18,659 nt of DNA, taken from contig CAXIUT010000141.1 of the NCBI GenBank assembly GCA_964035545.1, positions 1-18,659 on the forward strand, written 5' to 3'. The notes under the pieces were generated by a model. That model saw only the letters and a list, made by a program, of their open reading frames with translations, was not told where the DNA came from and did not search any database. How positions within the stretch are numbered: the first letter of the stretch is position 1; each line of letters begins with the position of its first letter. The DNA is from Bugula neritina. Taxonomy: Eukaryota > Animalia > Bryozoa. A program made the translations under genes and the position numbers. This document shows, piece after piece, positions 10,108 to 18,659 of this stretch.

Positions 10108-12060
10108 ATGGGAGGGAATTTTTCAAAGACAAGAAATCCATCATATTTAGAGTCTAATATTCGAAATTTATTAGTAAAAAGTAGTCGTAAAAATCATTTA
10201 AATAATGACTAGAATCTAGATGGAAATAAATATTTTGCATAAATATAGAAAAAATAAAGGCAATAGTGGATCTCCTGTTAATTAATGCTTTTTTAGAATA
10301 AATAATCATACTAAATTGGATATACATTTTAAACAAAAAATATTTAGATCATTTAAAATTTTATTTTTGATCAAAGTATATCTCTCAGTAAAATAAGTAA
10401 AACATTAATTAATGGAAATCATCTTATCTTTTATCTATAAAATTAGAGAGATAATAAATGGTAATTTCGATTTAATGGACCTAACTAGATAATTAATAAT
10501 TGGAATCAGCTTATTATTTAATTAAAAAATGATTAACTTTGGAAAAAATCATATTCTTAGTCAAAATATCGATAAGGATCATAAAAAGATATAATTTTCA
10601 GAAAGAATAAAGGTTATTTCAGATAGAATAATAATAGATATGAGCATGAGAGGATATAAGTACATAATGATGAAGATTAAAAAATCAAAATATAGAAATA
10701 AATTGAAGAGAATATAAAAAACTAAGAAATATTGATATAAAATGAAATTTAGCTGAAAAGTTTATCAAATAAGATCTAAAAAAATAAAAGACGTATAAAA
10801 AAATTGAAATAGTTTATGTTATTGCTTAAAACTGGATAAAATAAAGAAAAAGAATAAATATCATAGTTATAACAGTACGATAGATAGTTAAAAATCATAT
10901 TTTAGAAGTAATGTGTATAATTATAAGAATAAAACTTTAATATTTTATTGAAAAAATAATAAATATAATAATCAATATAATAGTAGATACTAATTAAACC
11001 AAGAGTTATTAAATAATTTTCTTTGTTAAAGGATTATTCTCATTCTAAATTTTAAAAGAGTTAATTTAGATAGTCAATTGAACTTTCGACTATCGATGTT
11101 AAAGTACAACTGATATCTTAATAAATTATTATTTTAAAGATTTAAAGAACAAAGACAATCAGATAATTAAAATAAAAAATACAATAAAAAACCTTATTAA
11201 AAAACTATCTTTCTTAACAACTAGTTTTATAATATAAAGGTAAAGTTTTTCGAAATAATATTTAGCTAAAATCTCTTTGCATTCATACATAAAAATTAAA
11301 TTTTAGACAAAGAAAGGCTTAAATTTGGGAAATATAGTAATTAAACAGTGATAGATATAAAGAAGACCCGATATCTTGTTAAATTGGAGTTGCTATTATG
11401 CCATGTGGTCATTATTTTTCAAGAAATTCAATGGTTTGTTTGATAAAATCAATATGTGATAGTCAAAAAATATCTATCAGATGTCCGATGGAAAAGGATA
11501 AAAACGTAATTTGTAATTACTAATGGAGATATCAATAATGTCTGCTTGTTTCTGGATTTGATAAAACATAATTCAGTTTAATAAAATAAAAATTGAGTGA
11601 AAATTGGATAAAAAATAACATAAAAAAGTGTCCATTTTGTTTAGAATCAGTTACAAATATAGGTTTAACTACAAAAAGAGTAAAATGCATAGGATGTAAT
11701 TCAGTAGATTTTTGTTTTTCTTGTTTGCAGCCATGGAAGAACAAAGATAATATATCTTGTGGAAGTAGTATTTGTTCAGCTAAAGAAGAGCTAGTAATGA
11801 ACTCCCCTTTTAATAGAGAATTTATATTGAGGGAAAAAGGTACAAATAAGACTATAAGAGTGAAAACACCATAGTATAGAGCATGTCCACGTTGTGGATA
11901 GATTATACAAAATTATCAGAATTGTAAGCATACTAGATGTTTTTCATGTCATAGTTATAGTTTTTGTTTTATTTGTCTTAGGTAGTATAAGAATGGAAAA
12001 TGGCCTTGTGGGTCTTATAACTAGTATTGTGGATTTGTAGCTCCTAACCAAATAAATTGA
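10108..12060 (+). CDS. Gene 6: PH-like + coiled coil + ubiquitin-like domain + RBR (RING1-like/IBR/RING2) E3 ubiquitin ligase, 650 aa (704 aa if the in-frame ATG at 9946 is used)
   Basis: Uninterrupted frame to TGA 12058-12060. UBL-like at ~11092-11310 (IDVKVQLISEEIIILKIERTKTIRELKEKIQEK..LVLEYKGKVF). Degenerate RING1 DPISC..MPCGH..RCP..C. IBR CPFC..CIGC..FCFSC..W..C..C. RING2 RACPRCG..NCKHTRCFSC..FCFICL, with the putative catalytic Cys at 11923-11925. Confidence 0.88.
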
Positions 12061-12367
12061 TTGATTTATTCAAGTAAATATAGTCTTTTCTATTTATTAT
12101 TGTTATTTTAATTAGAATGTATGATATTTTACTTGTAAAAGAGTGGGAAAGGTTAGTATAAAGGAATTTTAGACAGAATATAGAAGTTCTTGATTAGAAA
12201 ATATTCTTACGAAATATAGAGAACAATTTTTATTTATAAATTAATTTATAATGATATCGAAATAACAAATTAGGAGAATAAATATCAATGAATTAAGATA
12301 AATAGAATATCATTGATTTTATATCTTAATTATTTAACAAAATCATGATATATTATAAGTAATAAGT

Positions 12368-14082
12368 ATGAAAAATTAAAAAAGCCAATAACTAGCTTTT
12401 TAGAACTTAAGATCAAATGACATTTTTCTATCTTTGAAAGGTAGAAATTATTCATCTTTAACGAAAGAATATGAAGAGATTACTTATTATCCTAAAATTG
12501 CAGGAAATACATATTTTGTGATTTAAGTAAAAACATTAAAGTAGCACTAGGTAATAGGGCAAATGATTTTTATGAAAAATTAAAATTAGAAGTACAAAGT
12601 GGGAAAGTATGAAGGTATTATTCTACTAGACAAAATTGCAGATGATTTAGATCAAGGTAAATTTATATAAATAGATCAAATAAGTAATAGTTCGATCAAA
12701 GATAATATTCTTACACTTTAGTTAAATAATTGTGAAGATAAGATATGGTAATTTAAATATAGTGAGTAATTTATTCATTATATTCCTTTGCTAATAGATA
12801 CATTTAAAGAAAATATAAATTGCGAAAATGAGATTTAGGAGTTTATAAAATCCTTTCCAATTAATAGTCTTTAGTTTTAAACTTAAAAAATATACTAGAA
12901 TAAGAATAAGAAAATCCTGAAAAATAAAGATGAGAAATAAGGAAAAAAAAATTATTCAAAAAAGATCATCCTTCTTTATTGATGATGATTTGTTAAAGAA
13001 TAAAAAAAAATTTAGAGTATGTATAAAAAGATTAAAATTTTCTAATGAATTAAAATTAGCCATTTGAAAATAATATGTTATTTAAAAATAATCAAAATAA
13101 TTAAAATGGTATTATTTATAATATTGCTTTGATTGAAAAATTGATAACCTAAGCGATAAAAAAGGTTGAAATACAAGTATTAAATATATAATTTGATAAT
13201 TTAAATGTCAAATTAAATGGGTTAAATAGTGAACATGAATAAATAAGGAAAGAAAAAAGGTTAATTAAAGGTTCGATTTAAAATAGATAGCACTAAATAG
13301 AAGAAAAGAAAAACAAAGTCAGAGAACTTGTTTAAAAAATTAATGATGTTGAAAAACGTTTACATCAACAATCATAGTTCATGAATAATTTTTAGAGTTA
13401 TTGTTAAAAATAGGAGGAAAATCCAAATAAAAAGCTTAGATAATCTGATTAATAGTTAAATTTTAAATTAAAACAAAACTTCAATAAATGGTAAATATCA
13501 AGAAAAAATCTTATTCAAGATAAATAAAAAAATGAAGAAGAAATCAGCTCACTATCTAAATCATTATAAATAGAACTATAAAGATTTAGATCTTTAATAA
13601 TCCGTTTTTAATAAATTTAGTTATAAATACAAGAAACTTAGTAAAAAATAATTAAATTTAAAAGTAAATATTGCTTAAACATTAAAAATACTTAAAAAAT
13701 AAAAAAATTTATTAAAAATCTTAACTCATTGGTCAAATAAAATTAATAAATATTCTAATTTTAGATATCTGGCTGTAAGAAAAAGATGAATACTATGGAT
13801 AATATTGAAAAAAAGTATTTTGAAAAATATAAATAAAGAAATTTTTCAAATATGTCAGACATATCATAAATAAAGAAATCTTAGAGATTTTAGTAAGACT
13901 CATAAAGAAAATAATTGCAATAAATATAAAAAATCATTGATCTTTCAGGTAAATCGTTTGTAAATCAAAAATAAGCCTCTAAAAGTGAACTGAATAAAGA
14001 TTAAAAAGAGTAACAATCTTCATTTGGAAAAGATTTATACGAGTTAATCAGTAATGTTTCGAACAATAGTTCTTAGTAATGA
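12368..14082 (+). CDS. Gene 7: PH-like + coiled coil protein with no recognisable C-terminal domain, ~571 aa (one 1-nt frameshift at ~12945)
   Basis: ATG 12368. Family motif IEIDQISNSSIKDNILTLELNNCEDKIWEFKY. The frame changes at the A9 run 12943-12951, then frame 1 is open to TGA 14080-14082. Confidence 0.72.
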
Positions 14083-14315
14083 GGAATGATTCTCATGTTA
14101 AATATCCTTTTAAATTGGACTTTGTTTTATATTCTTTTGAGTATTTATTTTAAAAATTTATATATTTGTTTTTCCGAAATTAACAAGAATATAAATTATA
14201 AAGAATCAAGTAAGTAACATCTGAAGAGATTAGTTAATAATTTTAACAATAAAATATCTTGAGTTTGATTTATAAAATAAAAAGTATCAAATTTAATTTA
14301 TAATAAGTACGATCT

Positions 14316-16349
14316 ATGGACACGTAAAAATTAAGACAAATAGCTATAACAGCCAGATAACACGGACGTTTATTCTAAGATATTAGACAAATATATCAAA
14401 GGTTTTAAAAAGAATATATGGTCTAGTCGACTGTTTGTTAGGCAAATGATGATGTTATCATAAAATAGTTAACTATTAATTTCCATACACATGCTAAAGT
14501 GGAACACATTTGGCAGTTTAAATATGGTCAACTACTATTATTTGAAAATCAAAGAAAAAATTATCAGCTAGGTTTTACTTGTGGAGCATAATAATATCCT
14601 ATTCTTGAAAAAATTGAAAAAATTGATTTTCAATGGATTATTTCTTTAGATCAAATCAAAAATAACTACATAGAAGGTAATAAACTGATCTTATAGCTTA
14701 AAAATATTAAAAATGATAAGTTCAAATTGATTTTTTCTGATTATTTGCTTTTAAAGAGTTGGAATAAAGTTATAAATTGTTTCATAACGTTAGAAGATAT
14801 TAAAATAAATTTAAGAAAGAAGAATTTATAAAGCTGCAATGATATTAGTCTCTCTATTGGCTATACTTCTTCAGGAAAAAGTTCAATACTTAATTATTTT
14901 TTGAACTAGAATCAAAAAATTTTATCAAAAATAGCTAGATATTCAAGAGCAATTGCGATGAAAAGATTATTAATAAAAGAAAGCTTAATTCATTTTCATG
15001 ATCAAATTTCTCATGGAATTAAAAATAAAAATAAATAAAAAGAAATTTAGAAATTTATCTAAAAAATGAAACTATGGGAAAAAGAAAAGCCATAAAAATA
15101 ATAAAAATAATTATAAATTAAAAAATCTGATTCAGAATTAATGAAAGAATTATAAAATAATATTTTTTTAGTCAGAGAAGATTATTAAAGAATTGCTTTT
15201 TAAATATAAAAAAACTTAAAATAAGTTTTTAATAACTCAAATTAAATAAACAATCTATAAAATTTAATCTAAGAATCAATAATAAATGCAATAAAACTTA
15301 AAAAAGAATCAAGTATTTAATAAAAAGGTCTTATTTCTTCTATTTAGTCTATTCATTCTAAATCAGCAAAAGGGATGAAATATTTGTTATGGTTTGGTAT
15401 GAGTCAAACTGGTAAATCAAGTTCGATAAAACTTTTAACATCTGACTAATCGATTGTTTGTGGATAGTATGGAGTAGGAAATCCTACTACTTCATAAGTT
15501 AAAATTTATTAAGATTTGATACCAAAATTATCTTAGAAGTATTCTCATATTGATACTATTGGTCTTGGAGATTATCGTTCAAACTATAGTGAAAAAGAAA
15601 TAAGAAATCATATTGAAATAGAAATTATAAAAAATGTTTATTTTAAAAAGTTAGATTCTTTATCTGCTATTATTATTACCTAATCCCTTAGAAGTGATAC
15701 TGTTCAATTGAAACAGATTTTCGAGCAAATTAGAAATATACTTGGTTATTTTCCATCTAAATCGATAGTTATTTTAGGTACTAAAAAGAATGACTGTAGT
15801 AAAATATTAGCTGAGAAAAAAATAACATAAATAATGAAAACTTTAGATTAGTATGGCATTCCACAACAGCAATATATTTAATTTTATACTCCATGTCCTG
15901 AAATTGATTTTCTTTTGAACTAAATTAACCCTTTGCAGTTTTAATAGCTTGAAAAAAGAATAAAAAATTGTTAAAAAGTTCCAATTGATTCTTTCTTGAA
16001 AAAACAATAAAAAATTAAGGCCAGAGCAAATCAACTTGTTCAAGAAAAGACTATTATCGAAACTCAATATATTGAAAGATAGTAAGTAAGATACAAAACA
16101 TAAAAAAGAACTAGAACAATATTAATACCTTATAAACAGAGTTCAAGAGGATTTGCTGGCATATTTGGAAGAGGACAGACATAATATAGAGAATATCATG
16201 AGACTTAAGATGTTTAGGTTCCTTATGTTGAAAAAATTAAAATACCTATAAAAGTACCTAAACCTCCTTCATATGATTAATGCTATCATCTTGCACTTGA
16301 GTAATTTGAAAAGAAATAGAATCTTCCAAAGGAGTACCAACCAAAATGA
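14316..16349 (+). CDS. Gene 8: PH-like + helical linker + AIG1/GIMAP-like P-loop GTPase with C-terminal hairpin, 677 aa
   Basis: Uninterrupted frame to TGA 16347-16349. G1 GMSQTGKS (15396-15419), G2 Thr in NPTTS, G3 DTIGLGD (15552 on), G4-like IVILGTKKND (~15780). Start uncertain because the frame is also open upstream to ATG 14079. Confidence 0.85.
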
Positions 16350-16956
16350 TTATCCCATCAATAAATAGCTTTAATAGAAAATTTGTTTTATGGTATTTAT
16401 TTATAGATAAAAAGTTATTTGAATTTCTTTTTATTATTAAATTTTTACTTGATATGATATCTTATCAAGTTGATATTTACGATAAGTTATCTTTTATACA
16501 TTTTGTATTTAGTTTGGTAAATATTGTTAGTCAAGTTTCTTCTTTGATAGTTTTATTTTATTTTCTAAAAGTTATGACTAAATGATTTTTAAATGATCAA
16601 TATAATATTATATTCAATAGTCATCTGAATAAAACGTATACTTGCAACATTAAAAAATATTTAACTAATATTGTCAATATCAAATAATTCGTTTTGATTC
16701 AATAAAGTAAATAGAAATTTACATTACGAATATGATGAATGATTATTAATTGGTTAAAATGAGTTATTTTGTTGATTATTGTCAATATAGTAATAAAAAT
16801 GTATTAATATTTATCTATATTCTTATTAAAATATGATAACATCTTGCAACTTCTTATTCGTATGATTTCATTTATTAAGTACAATGTTTGAGTAGCAATC
16901 TTTCTCACTTTGGCAAGATAGATCACAAAAATAATGCGTCTATCTGTGAAAGTTCC

Positions 16957-18486
16957 ATGCAGAAGATCAACAAGATCTCTGTTGGTTCTGTGGATTACTA
17001 TATGTCTTATGCACAGATAGAAGTCGAACTGTATTTGGTTGATTGTCAGCTTGTCCTCTATCGTAACTCATAAAATCAAAACTAAATAGGATATTCTGTT
17101 GAAACGAGAGGGTTTCCTTCTGTGTCTGATGTTCATCCAATTATCAAAGAAAACATAATTTTGAGACAAATTGTTAAAAATTAGATACAAAGGGAATATC
17201 TCATTCTATACTTTTCTGATTGTAGATTTAAGACTTGGAAGTTGAAGTTTATAGGAGTTTAGGAGATAAAATATCAATGGAACTAGTTGATAGCATGTAT
17301 GAAAGATAAAAGAAGATAGCATCTATCTTTGCTGATGTTAAATCCTTAAAGATAAATATATGAATAGTTTAATCCTTCAAAGAATCATAATTTAGACGAA
17401 GAATTTAAACAGAATGTCAATAATTTACTTGACAAAGAATATTATTTGTAACATAAGTTAAGTAATTTATAAAGAGAAACTGCATTTATACAAAAAGATA
17501 TTAATATGAACTTGAACTATTCGAGAAATGTAGGAGCATATGAATAAATATTATAGAAATTGCATAAAAGTTCTTCAGATAAATGGTTTATCAGATAGAA
17601 GATGACTTAATAAAAAAAATAAATTAAAAAAATAAAAGATAAAATAAAAACTTATGATTAAAGATTTGATTCAATCAGAACTAAACTCTAAAATTGTTCA
17701 AAATACGTACTAAGTCTTTAATATTCATTAGTAAATTATGATGCTGTTTTATACTAAGAAGAATAAGAAGAAGATTAGATATCGAGTTTAGAGTTATTAT
17801 CGAAATTTAAATAAAATATTACTCTAATTAAAAAAAAGATCAATAGAGTATAAAAAATAAAGAGAGCACATAGATAATTATAGATAAAAAATTATTAATA
17901 AACAAGAGAAAGTGATAAATAAAAGTTATTGACTGAATAAAGAAAGTTTATTTAATTGACAAAATAAAAAGAACGTTATAAAAAAGTCATAAGTGAGACA
18001 AAGGTTGAATTGGCTTAATATGAATAATAATAAAAGTTTCGAAATAAATATAGAAAAGCGATATTACTAGAAAACTCACATAAATAAAAAAGAAAATTCA
18101 TGATGAGAAGCAAAAAGACATTAAAAAGAAGATTTTTATAGAATAAAAGTAAATAATTCTTATTTAAGAAAATAAGAAAGAAAAAGAAAATAAAGAATGG
18201 TTGATAAATCAAACATAGATCTATCTCATTAAAATGAATTAAAAGATAGATAGCAAAGTTCCCTTTAGCTCAAAGGTTGTCTATCTCAAGATGAACATTC
18301 TGAAAGTCAATAAAATATTTCCCATCAGTTATCAGGTAACTATAGTTATAGTGTTATTTATAGAAAGACAGAACTAAGTCAAAATTAAAAGAAGAGAGTT
18401 TGAATGAACAAGTCGATAGTAGTTCCATGATAATAAAAGACAGCAAATTCTAATAGTATGTTGATGAGGCCAAAGAAGGTTTATGA
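16957..18486 (+). CDS. Gene 9 (telomere-proximal): PH-like + coiled coil, ~510 aa after correcting three 1-nt frameshifts (~18033, ~18243, ~18389)
   Basis: Family motifs YYMSYAQ, NEIGYS, YLILYF..KTWKLKFIGV..YQWNELI. Frame 1 is formally open 16837-18204. The more protein-like reading needs one extra A at each of three TAAAAG sites and ends at TGA 18484-18486. Start uncertain (out-of-frame ATG at 16884). Confidence 0.68.
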
Positions 18487-18575
18487 TTTGATTAGTTAAA
18501 TAGATTTGGATAGAATCGAAGAAAATCTCATATAAAATTGAAGATATGGTGCTTTAATATATATATAATTATCAA

Positions 18576-18659
18576 GGGGTTGGGGTTGGGGTTGGGGTTG
18601 GGGTTGGGGTTGGGGTTGGGGTTGGGGTTGGGGTTGGGGTTGGGTTGGGTTGGGTTGGG
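18576..18659 (+). repeat. Telomere, (GGGGTT)n, Tetrahymena-type repeat, G-rich strand running 5'->3' to the end
   Basis: 11 perfect GGGGTT units, then three GGGTT and a GGG at the sequence end. Confidence 0.97.

Noticed and set aside
12345-12371. Eight-codon upstream ORF whose TGA overlaps the gene 7 ATG
   Set aside because: Too short to tell from chance in AT-rich DNA.
16346-16585. 79-aa hydrophobic + strand ORF overlapping the gene 8 stop
   Set aside because: Its hydrophobicity follows from T-rich sequence and its composition is unlike the real genes. No supporting motif.
10154-18212. Minus-strand ORFs 10154-10336, 11532-11744, 15843-16067 and 18015-18212
   Set aside because: They lie opposite well-supported + strand genes and have no motifs.
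190-18486. Standard ciliate code (TAR=Gln, table 6), or a split code with TAA=Lys and TAG=Glu
   Set aside because: Gln was my first reading and gives the same gene boundaries, but paralog columns, an acidic run and charge balance favour Glu. TAA/TAG interchange and TAA facing GAR argue against a split code. Gln is disfavoured, not excluded.
1-18659. Prokaryotic or phage interpretation (operon, recoded phage, CRISPR array, defence island)
   Set aside because: The telomere, RBR ligase, UBL and TLDc content, and reassignment of both TAA and TAG, indicate a ciliate-type nuclear genome. No repeat-spacer array was seen.
18642-18659. GGGTT variant telomere units as a real telomerase variant
   Set aside because: They occur only at the extreme end and match the homopolymer-shortening pattern seen elsewhere.

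Overview
Eukaryotic, very AT-rich chromosome end, most likely a ciliate macronuclear chromosome, ending in a (GGGGTT)n telomere at 18576-18659. The supplied ORF track is misleading because TAA/TAG are sense codons here and only TGA ends genes. By-eye paralog alignment and motif context favour TAR=Glu (peritrich-type code, NCBI table 30) over the common ciliate TAR=Gln, and all translations below use Glu. Read this way, the window holds nine intronless + strand genes plus the 3' end of a tenth, all pointing at the telomere. Seven share a ~115-aa N-terminal PH-like domain followed by coiled coil, but end differently: TLDc (two full copies plus a 3' end at the window start), ubiquitin-like + RBR E3 ligase, AIG1/GIMAP-like GTPase, or no recognisable domain. 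The TLDc genes are recent recombinational mosaics. Several frameshifts look like single-base homopolymer losses (probable sequencing errors). All domain calls are by-eye motif recognition, not database results.
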